Origin: a virus
Strand: one strand, 5' to 3'
Virus record (IMG/VR): IMGVR_UViG_3300025141_010453
Location: 1 to 64,000 of that record
DNA length: 64,000 nucleotides
In this document: positions 57,222-64,000 of the stretch, one piece after another
How the letters are laid out: the number at the start of each line of letters is the position of its first letter
How positions within the stretch are numbered: position 1 is the first letter of the stretch
Program-made: the position numbers and the translations under genes
The notes under the pieces: generated by a model
Told to the model about the DNA's origin: nothing
Database searches by the model: none
What the model saw: only the letters and a program-made list of their open reading frames with translations

Positions 57222-58712
57222 ATGATACATAGGTCGTACTTTGCTAAAAATAATACATTAATTGCTAATAACACAGTAAATACCGCTAAAAATCCTGTTA
57301 CCCAATTATTTTATGGTAAAAATGTTACAAAAAAATGTAGATTTACTGGATTATCTGCACATACGTGTGATGGACTTACTGGTTTTACAATGAATAATGA
57401 TACTGGTTTTAGTCGCTTTATTTTTGAGCTAGGCCTAGATGACTTAATAGAAAAATATACTTCATGTTGTATTCCTAATGTTAATGTATTAAGTCATACG
57501 TTAAAAATGACAAATACCTCTAATTTTGATGATACCTTAATGAATGATAAAATTTTAGTAGATGATACTAGACGTGCTACTTCATTTACACTTATGTTAT
57601 TTAAAGCCGTTAGTGGTACTTCGTGGGATGAAGGTGTTGGTTATGATTATCTGGTACCTGATGGTATATTTGCACCTGAATTTGATTTGACTTATTCTCA
57701 AAGACCAAGTAATTGGTTTTCTGCGACTACTCTTGCTTCTTGGCCTATTCCTGGTACTTATTTAAACACTAATACAGCGTCTTTTCAAGTTTTAGCAACC
57801 CAAAATTTTGATAATGGTAATGAAAATATATCTTTTAATAGTTTATGGTTAGATGCTGAAATTAATGGTATAATCACTACCCCAGCCAGTTCTGCTGATA
57901 CTACCTATGGAATTGCGTTTATTCCAGCTTTTGAGAATCTTAGTGGGTTAACTGAAGCTTATTCTGTTGGATTCTTTACACGCTATACTCAAACATTTTT
58001 TGAGCCTTTCTTAGAAACTACATACAATGATGTTATTGATGATGATAGAAGTAATTTTAATCTTGGTACTCCTAACAACTTATTTTTATATGCTTATGAC
58101 CATAATGGAACACCAATTTGTTTTGATTCCCTACCTACTGTTACAATTGAGGATTGTAATGGTAATACAGTTGGTACTTATACTGCCTCTCAGTTAACTT
58201 GTGGTGTATATTATATAAACTTAACTATATCATCATTACCACAAACTGCTCCAGTATATTATAGTGATATATGGTCAAATCTTTCTATTAGTGGTGTACC
58301 ACAGCCTAATATAACAAATGAATTTATAATTTATGACAATGCATTTAGTATTGGTTCCACCGCTGGTGAACCAAAAGTTTATGGTTATTCCGTATCAGGT
58401 ATTAAAGAAGATGAAAAATTAACTAATGGAGAAACTAGAAAAATATTCATATCTACTAGAGTTCCTTATACAGTAGAACAACAAGTTTTAGTCGATAATT
58501 TGCAATATAGATTATATGTAACCCAAGGTACCACTCAAGTTGAGGTGATTCCTTGGACCTCAGTTAATAGGTCATTTACACACAATTATTTCCTATTAGA
58601 CACCGGATGGATGATACCAAATGAATATTACCTAGATATAAAAGCTACTTCTAATCAACAGGTAGATATTTATAGAAAACAAATAAAATTTCAAGTAATT
58701 AATCAATTATGA
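57222..58712 (+). CDS. Putative virion structural protein (beta-rich)
   Basis: Late promoter; WDEG.G.DY and SNW..W..PG motifs; S/T-rich. Confidence 0.55.
   Translation: MIHRSYFAKNNTLIANNTVNTAKNPVTQLFYGKNVTKKCRFTGLSAHTCDGLTGFTMNNDTGFSRFIFELGLDDLIEKYTSCCIPNVNVLSHTLKMTNTSNFDDTLMNDKILVDDTRRATSFTLMLFKAVSGTSWDEGVGYDYLVPDGIFAPEFDLTYSQRPSNWFSATTLASWPIPGTYLNTNTASFQVLATQNFDNGNENISFNSLWLDAEINGIITTPASSADTTYGIAFIPAFENLSGLTEAYSVGFFTRYTQTFFEPFLETTYNDVIDDDRSNFNLGTPNNLFLYAYDHNGTPICFDSLPTVTIEDCNGNTVGTYTASQLTCGVYYINLTISSLPQTAPVYYSDIWSNLSISGVPQPNITNEFIIYDNAFSIGSTAGEPKVYGYSVSGIKEDEKLTNGETRKIFISTRVPYTVEQQVLVDNLQYRLYVTQGTTQVEVIPWTSVNRSFTHNYFLLDTGWMIPNEYYLDIKATSNQQVDIYRKQIKFQVINQL
58667..58674 (+). promoter_or_regulatory. 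Putative late promoter TATTTATA inside the upstream gene
   Basis: GATATTTATAG context, 34 nt upstream of ATG 58709. Confidence 0.45.
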
Positions 58713-59218
58713 AAAAAATAAGAATAACAGAAAGTGAATTAGTGGACTTAATAGAAAAACTAGTTAAAGAAAATATTGGTAATGGTACAGGTTTTAATTT
58801 TGGTATGTTAGGGACCCCAACCTCAAAATATAAAGAATTAGAAGAAACTGAAGCCCATGGAGAGTTTAACACCAAAAATGGAGAAGAAGAAGGTGAAGAA
58901 GAAGTAGAAGAAGAATTTAATTATGACACATCACAAACTGGTGATAAAACAGTAGACCTTAATGTGATGAAACAAACTAATCAATCAGATTGGATGGGGG
59001 AAAGTATTACAGAATCTCAATTAATTAAAAGACTTAAAAAAAGATTAATTAAAGAAGAAGGTAAGGGTTGTGCAAAGTCAGAAGGTGGAGATGGTTGTAT
59101 AGATAAAGATGGAAAAGGTTGGTTTATTTGGAATAACAAAAAAGGTGGTATATTTAAAAGATGTTCAAGTGAAAAAGATTGTGAAGAAATTTTAAGTGTT
59201 CCCGCAGTACATGGTTAA
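58709..59218 (+). CDS. Acidic putative internal head protein; paralog of 5805..6320
   Basis: MKKIRITESELVDLIEKLVKENIG..NFGMLGTPTSKYKE. Confidence 0.6.
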   Translation: MKKIRITESELVDLIEKLVKENIGNGTGFNFGMLGTPTSKYKELEETEAHGEFNTKNGEEEGEEEVEEEFNYDTSQTGDKTVDLNVMKQTNQSDWMGESITESQLIKRLKKRLIKEEGKGCAKSEGGDGCIDKDGKGWFIWNNKKGGIFKRCSSEKDCEEILSVPAVHG

Positions 59219-59242
59219 TTAAATAAAAAATATATAGATATT

Positions 59243-59270
59243 AAAAAACCACTTAATAAGTGGTTTTTTT
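59243..59270. terminator. Bidirectional intrinsic terminator between convergent genes
   Basis: AAAAAACCACTTAATAAGTGGTTTTTTT. Confidence 0.85.
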
Positions 59271-59274
59271 GTTT

Positions 59275-59568
59275 TTAGATGTCATCCTCGTCATCTACAT
59301 AATCATATTCATGAGTTACGGTTGTGTGTGACGGTGATTGTGGTTCTTCAACTTCCTCATACTGAGGTGAGAAATTTTCTGCAGCTGTAAAACCAAGTCC
59401 TGCCATTACAATCCATTGAAGCGATTGGAATAAATTGTCGTCGACTGTAAAATCCCAAAATAAATTTGCTGTATAACCAATTAACATAAATAATAGACAT
59501 ATAAATGTTACAACTCTTTTACTAGAGACTTTACTTCCACCACTTAACATGTTTTTAAGAAAATGCAT
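59275..59568 (-). CDS. Two-TM membrane protein, possible holin
   Basis: SSKR followed by two hydrophobic helices and an acidic tail; late promoter. Confidence 0.45.
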   Translation of the reverse strand: MHFLKNMLSGGSKVSSKRVVTFICLLFMLIGYTANLFWDFTVDDNLFQSLQWIVMAGLGFTAAENFSPQYEEVEEPQSPSHTTVTHEYDYVDDEDDI

Positions 59569-59582
59569 AATATTGTTTTTAT

Positions 59583-59590
59583 TATAAATA
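59583..59590 (-). promoter_or_regulatory. Putative late promoter TATTTATA
   Basis: 14 nt upstream of ATG 59568. Confidence 0.65.
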
Positions 59591-59599
59591 TCTAGGCAT

Positions 59600-59630
59600 A
59601 AAAAAAAGCCCTCATAAAGAGGGCTTTTTT
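59600..59630 (-). terminator. Intrinsic terminator after major capsid gene
   Basis: AAAAAAAGCCCTC-ATAAA-GAGGGCTTTTTT. Confidence 0.85.
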
Positions 59631-59652
59631 AAATATATAACTTATTCAGTTA

Positions 59653-61461
59653 CTAGAATCTTTTCAATTCTCTTACATTAAATGTTCTAACACCATCAAT
59701 AGTGATTTTTCCATAGAACCTATTGTTCACCATTTTCTTAGCGTATCTAGTCATGATACCTTTGATTGGTGTAAAGTTGAATGGATTATACATTGTTGGA
59801 GTTAACTGTAACGGTACATATGGTGCGTAAACGTATCCAGTATCCAATAAAGATGTTCCTTTATGACCAATTAACACTTGGTTAGCTGGGAAATAAGGGT
59901 CTCTATATACAGTAAATCTACCTGATAATGTTCCTATTTTCTCAATACCCATATTGTACTGGTCTTGGTCTGGCGATGCGTTTGAAACGTGGAAATATTC
60001 CAAGTCATCAAAAATCGCAGAAACTTCTGAAGAACATACAATCCAGTTAGCACCTCCTCTCAATGTAGATTTGTGAATCTGAGCTGATAACTGATTAACC
60101 GCAGTAATCAATGTTTGATTCCAATCTTTTTGAGTATATGGAGCTTGACCTGCTGTGAAACGTTTCCATCCATTATAATCCCATCTTAAAGTCCATGCTG
60201 CACCTTTTCTAAGGTCTCTCAAGATTTCTCTATCGATTTCAGCTGCAACTTCCTCTGATAATAAAGCTGTTAATTCAGCTTCAGCATCAATGTTGTGGAA
60301 TGCAGAAACGTCTTGTGCAAGTTCTGGTGACCACTGAGCTCTTAATTTTCTTTCAGTAACAGAAACTGTAACAGCCTGTAAGTCAAAAGAAACTTCACCC
60401 ATTTGGTCTTCAAATTCAAGAGTTGCATATTGTCTCCAAGTTGCTGTAACTGCTTGTGTAGCTGCTGTAGAACCTACATATCCGTCAATTGAACGGTAAC
60501 TTGTTTCTCCACAATCAATACATGCTGGACATGAAGTATCAACCTCTAGATAGATATTTCCTTGTGAGTCACATACATCTGTTCTGTCTACAATACCAAA
60601 ACCATATTTTTGTGTAACAACACGGAATAACATTGCGTCACCCACATTATAAAGTCTAGTACCTCCACTTAAAGCGTCGGCAGAATCGTTACAACAGTAG
60701 ATACCAGCTGTATTTGTTAAAGTTAATGAAGCTAAAAACTCTTCACTATCTTGTTCATTTCCATCAGGGCCAGTTAATTTACCTACACCCGCGTTATAAA
60801 ATCCAGCTAATTTTACTATTACACTTCTTGACCCTCCATTTGGTATAATACCAATTGTTTCAGAACAAGAAGATAATGCATTTAAAGCGTCGTAATCATT
60901 TAACTGATTTCCGCCCCAAACTACATTTGTAGTTGATGCTGCACTTGATGTCCAACTACCTTTTGAGTAGTCATAAAGACCGTCAGTAGCTTCTAGTGGT
61001 GCGTTACCAGCATAAAACTCATCATATAATGACATAGTAGCTGCTGATGTTGATGCTCCTGGTGTTGTAGGTACATTATTACCTGCTGGTGCTCCATAAG
61101 GTGCGTAATGTGTTCCACCTGGTTGTGCTCCAATTTTAGGTACAAAGTAGAACAATTTACCAATTGGTAAGTTCATAGCTTGTACAGAAACGATATCGTT
61201 TGCCAATAATTTAGAGAATACTCTCCTAATAATTGGGAAAACAACTGTTTCGAACGAACCTGAATCAGTCGCGCTTGTAGCCTCGTTGATTAGGTTTGTT
61301 GCTTGATTTTCATATAGTTGAGCTATATTTTCTTTAACATGTCCTTTAAGACCGTCAAGAAAACCAAGACTATTCCATTTGTTTAAGGTATCTTCTTTGA
61401 TAACTTTAAGGTGTTTTAACCCAATGTTACCAACCATACCTGATTCTAATAGTGCTCCCAT
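59653..61461 (-). CDS. gp23: Major capsid protein (T4 gp23-like)
   Basis: IRRVF..LLANDIVSVQ.M..P.G, RKLRAQWSPELAQD, DAEAEL, YAPYVPL, GIMTRY. Confidence 0.95.
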   Translation of the reverse strand: MGALLESGMVGNIGLKHLKVIKEDTLNKWNSLGFLDGLKGHVKENIAQLYENQATNLINEATSATDSGSFETVVFPIIRRVFSKLLANDIVSVQAMNLPIGKLFYFVPKIGAQPGGTHYAPYGAPAGNNVPTTPGASTSAATMSLYDEFYAGNAPLEATDGLYDYSKGSWTSSAASTTNVVWGGNQLNDYDALNALSSCSETIGIIPNGGSRSVIVKLAGFYNAGVGKLTGPDGNEQDSEEFLASLTLTNTAGIYCCNDSADALSGGTRLYNVGDAMLFRVVTQKYGFGIVDRTDVCDSQGNIYLEVDTSCPACIDCGETSYRSIDGYVGSTAATQAVTATWRQYATLEFEDQMGEVSFDLQAVTVSVTERKLRAQWSPELAQDVSAFHNIDAEAELTALLSEEVAAEIDREILRDLRKGAAWTLRWDYNGWKRFTAGQAPYTQKDWNQTLITAVNQLSAQIHKSTLRGGANWIVCSSEVSAIFDDLEYFHVSNASPDQDQYNMGIEKIGTLSGRFTVYRDPYFPANQVLIGHKGTSLLDTGYVYAPYVPLQLTPTMYNPFNFTPIKGIMTRYAKKMVNNRFYGKITIDGVRTFNVRELKRF

Positions 61462-61487
61462 AATTTTTTTATTTTTTTAAAAAGCGT

Positions 61488-62834
61488 TTATTTTATTTTA
61501 GACATTAAGTCTTTCATCCTACTAAATTGTGGGTTTTCGTAAATTTTTGATTCCAATAATTTACCTCCACTAGTAGGTGATTTAGTAATTTTTTGTTCCA
61601 CAACCTCAGAAATTCTTTTTGTAGGTTTAGCTACATCCTGAGAAAGTTCTTCTTTGATTACCTTATACAACCCTTTTGAAGATTTTAATGACTCGATGTT
61701 ATCAAATCTCTTCAAAATGTTGATTTTTTCCCGTTTGGTAGTTGAATGTTCAGTGAATAAACGTGTTACGTAAGCTAAATTTGAATTAAACACAGCCACT
61801 TCATTCAGTTTATCTTTAAAAGTTGTCAATGCTTTTCTATAATCAGCATTTTTAATTTTTAAAGTTTCTACCTCTTCTTTAAGAAGATTGTAGGACTTTC
61901 TAATACGACTTTCACCAAGATTCCGGTTGTTAGTAATAGCTTTTCTAATACCAGAAGGTTTGTGTTTACCACCAGATTCTCTTCCGAACCCTAAAGTTCT
62001 GGAAGCTTCTTTCATTTCGAAATCAGGCTCCGATTTTCTTTCGTCTCCTTTATTTCCTCCGTACTTCGCACGCTCTTTCATTTCAAAATCAGGTTCAGAT
62101 TTTCTCTCATCACCTTTATTTCCTCCATATTTTGCACGCTCTGTCATTTCAAAATCAGGCTCCGATTTTCTCTCATCACCTTTATTTCCTCCATATTTAG
62201 CACGTTCAGTCACTTCCTCTTCGGCTACTTCATCACCACTATCATCTTCATCTTCATTATCTTCATCTTCAGAAAGTTCAATCTCATAAACAACTTCTTC
62301 ATCTTCAGCTACTTCAAGTTTGTCCATTTCATTCATGTCTTCGTCTTCTTTAATTGATTTTTTCATTGTTTTTGTTTTTTTACTTTCTTCTAATTTAATG
62401 ATGTATTCGGCATCGGTTGTGGTATCGGTTAACTCGATTTCATCATCATCTTGTTGGATGATAATTCCGTCTTCGTCTCCCATTGCTTTAAACACTTTCA
62501 ATACTTCAGCATCGGATGCTAATGTTAAGTCTAGAGGCGGCAGTTCCATAGTTACTTCATCGTCTTCGGTCTCGTCCTCAATATCAAGTTCAATGTCATC
62601 AGGTATAGTTAAATCCATATCAAGTTCTTCACCTTCTATTTCATCATCTATATCTAAAACATCAACTTCTTCTTTTTGCTCCTTCAGGTAATCGTTTTCG
62701 TTTAACGATTCTTTTACTAATTCATGAATTTCTTCCTTCATTGTCGAAGAAAGTATTTCTTTTGCATTAGACTTCATAGTTTCTTCCAACTGTTCAGCCT
62801 CGAGCAACGCTTTTTCTAAAATTGATTCACTCAC
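61488..62834 (-). CDS. Prohead core / scaffolding protein (T4 gp22-like), GTG start
   Basis: Very acidic coiled-coil protein between protease and MCP. Confidence 0.75.
   Translation of the reverse strand: MSESILEKALLEAEQLEETMKSNAKEILSSTMKEEIHELVKESLNENDYLKEQKEEVDVLDIDDEIEGEELDMDLTIPDDIELDIEDETEDDEVTMELPPLDLTLASDAEVLKVFKAMGDEDGIIIQQDDDEIELTDTTTDAEYIIKLEESKKTKTMKKSIKEDEDMNEMDKLEVAEDEEVVYEIELSEDEDNEDEDDSGDEVAEEEVTERAKYGGNKGDERKSEPDFEMTERAKYGGNKGDERKSEPDFEMKERAKYGGNKGDERKSEPDFEMKEASRTLGFGRESGGKHKPSGIRKAITNNRNLGESRIRKSYNLLKEEVETLKIKNADYRKALTTFKDKLNEVAVFNSNLAYVTRLFTEHSTTKREKINILKRFDNIESLKSSKGLYKVIKEELSQDVAKPTKRISEVVEQKITKSPTSGGKLLESKIYENPQFSRMKDLMSKIK
62010..62207 (-). repeat. 3 x 66-bp tandem repeat encoding ERAKYGGNKGDERKSEPDFEM(T/K)
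   Basis: Units 62142-62207, 62076-62141, 62010-62075; differences mostly synonymous. Confidence 0.95.
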
Positions 62835-62857
62835 GTTTTATTTTTTTTAAAAGTTTA

Positions 62858-62895
62858 TTAATAAACCATCCTGCATAAAGCAAATGGTTTTATTA
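62858..62895 (-). promoter_or_regulatory. Stem-loop in the 5' leader of the scaffold/MCP transcript
   Basis: UAAUAAAACCAUUUGC-UUUAU-GCAGGAUGGUUUAUUA. Confidence 0.45.
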
Positions 62896-62901
62896 TAAAT
62901 A
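62894..62901 (-). promoter_or_regulatory. Putative late promoter TATTTATA
   Basis: Upstream of the scaffold-MCP operon. Confidence 0.65.
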
Positions 62902-62913
62902 TATTGGTAATGT

Positions 62914-62939
62914 AAAAAATCCCCACTTAGAGGGTTTTT
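62914..62939 (-). terminator. Probable terminator after prohead protease
   Basis: AAAAACCCTC-TAAGT-GGGGATTTTTT on the minus strand. Confidence 0.55.
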
Positions 62940-62949
62940 AATAGGGAAA

Positions 62950-63642
62950 TTATCTATTTAGGAAATTATCTAATTTAGACATCATGGATAATGATTTATT
63001 TAATCCTTCAGAATTTGAGGATTCTACTACTTCGGTTGGTTCATCCACGCTGTCAGCAGTTTCATCTTCTTTAAATAAATAAGAGCCTGGAGTTGATGGT
63101 GAAGAGACCAAATCAAAACATATTAATTCAAAATCATCTTGTACTTCATTATGTTCTCCATTTTTAGTTAAAGACCCAACACCTCTCGAAGAAATCCCTA
63201 AAGTAACTCCTTGTCTAAGAAGATTAGCAGCCATATCTCCTACACAAGAGATAACTCCTTCTCTTAAGTAAGCTGGTGAAGTTAATAATTTTAATTTACC
63301 TATTAATCTATTACCTTCCCACCATGTTTCCGTAATAATATGAGAAGCTCTATCAAGGTCTATTAATGAAGATTCTGGGTGATTTAATTCTGAAATAGCA
63401 CCACCTTTTTTAATGACTTCTTGGTATCTATCATTCTCTCTTCTTAAAATCTTTTCAGGATAAATTCTGCCGTTTCTATTTGGGGTATCGTATTTCTGTA
63501 AAATAGCATTCATATAAATTTCTCCACCAAAATCATCTTTTGCCATTTCTCTCAACATATTGGTGTTGTCATCTGGTTTTATATGCCCATCATGTTCTAC
63601 TAATATTCCATGACCTATCTCTCTAGCTTCTAATACTCTCAT
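62950..63642 (-). CDS. gp21: Prohead core protease (T4 gp21-like)
   Basis: NRNGRIYP, ELNHP, SH.I, GISSRG.GS, D.V..PS.P. Confidence 0.92.
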   Translation of the reverse strand: MRVLEAREIGHGILVEHDGHIKPDDNTNMLREMAKDDFGGEIYMNAILQKYDTPNRNGRIYPEKILRRENDRYQEVIKKGGAISELNHPESSLIDLDRASHIITETWWEGNRLIGKLKLLTSPAYLREGVISCVGDMAANLLRQGVTLGISSRGVGSLTKNGEHNEVQDDFELICFDLVSSPSTPGSYLFKEDETADSVDEPTEVVESSNSEGLNKSLSMMSKLDNFLNR

Positions 63643-63655
63643 AATGTTCTTTTTT

Positions 63656-63676
63656 AATAAATAGTGGATATAAATA
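63656..63676 (-). promoter_or_regulatory. Two putative late promoter motifs (TATTTATA 63669-63676, TATTTATT 63656-63663)
   Basis: Upstream of protease gene. Confidence 0.55.
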
Positions 63677-63688
63677 AAAAAACGAAGG

Positions 63689-64000
63689 TTATTTTTTAGA
63701 TTTATGAAATTTAAATACCTTAGAGGTTAGTAATGTTTTGTTTATAATTTTATCTGTAATTTGATTAATTGATTCGGATATAGAAGGCACTTTAATATCT
63801 TTATATTTTAACTCTTTAAAGAATAATGTTACCTCACATTTTAAAAAACTTCTTTTACCTTTTTTTATGCCGCTTGCTCTTAAATCTAAATCTACAATAG
63901 TTTTGTCCTTAAAGGGTGTAGTAATTAACTCATTATGGACTACATGTTTTATCTCTCCTTTAACTTTTTTTATGGGTTTTTCCCAATTAAGTGCATCTTC
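63689..64000 (-). CDS. Partial hypothetical protein (5' end outside the window)
   Basis: Open frame translated by hand: EDALNWEKPIKK..IVDLDLRASGIKKGKRSF..FKFHKSKK-stop. Confidence 0.65.
   Translation of the reverse strand, partial: EDALNWEKPIKKVKGEIKHVVHNELITTPFKDKTIVDLDLRASGIKKGKRSFLKCEVTLFFKELKYKDIKVPSISESINQITDKIINKTLLTSKVFKFHKSKK

Noticed and set aside
114-62691. Antisense or overlapping shadow ORFs (e.g. 114..662, 963..1235, 6379..6735, 19241..19678, 55812..56261, 61927..62289, 62320..62691)
   Set aside because: They lie on or opposite well-supported genes and show Ser/Ile/Phe-rich mirror composition with no motifs
1-64000. Stop-codon reassignment (TAG/TGA), as in some large phages
   Set aside because: Core genes are intact in code 11, and TAG ends the sheath and MCP at their natural C-termini
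1-64000. CRISPR array, tRNA, rRNA, intron, intein, transposase, DGR
   Set aside because: None recognised by eye. Intergenic gaps are short and the 66-bp repeats are coding with no spacers. tRNAscan/Infernal were not run

Overview
This AT-rich 64 kb window comes from a large T4-like (contractile-tailed) phage using the standard genetic code. The host is probably Bacteroidota: there are TTTG-N20-TAnnTTTG promoters, a Bacteroidota-type lipoprotein and few SD-like sites. Virion genes lie at 1-25.7 kb and 52.7-64 kb: tape-measure-like protein, tail chaperones, tube, sheath, neck, spike, major capsid protein, scaffold and prohead protease. A PolB and an SNF2 helicase are interleaved among them. The central ~26 kb (25.7-52 kb) is a glycan-biosynthesis island with about a dozen glycosyltransferase-like genes, nucleotide-sugar enzymes, a B12 radical SAM, split transketolase, a GmhA-like isomerase, an SdhL-like dehydrogenase, dUTPase and PhoH, followed by a gp55-like late sigma factor. 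Main leads: (1) a [ST]-[GA]-x-[ST] motif concentrated in predicted virion-surface proteins, a candidate sequon for phage-encoded virion O-glycosylation by the island; (2) an exact 60-bp promoter-bearing direct repeat that splits the island into modules; (3) a self-contained higher-carbon sugar pathway; (4) a probable +1 programmed frameshift (UUU UUU CGU) in the tail chaperone pair; (5) a late promoter TATTTATW, the reverse complement of the T4 motif; (6) a family of late proteins sharing I/L-x-E leader peptides, including a WYL and a HAD enzyme. All calls come from reading motifs by eye; no searches were run.
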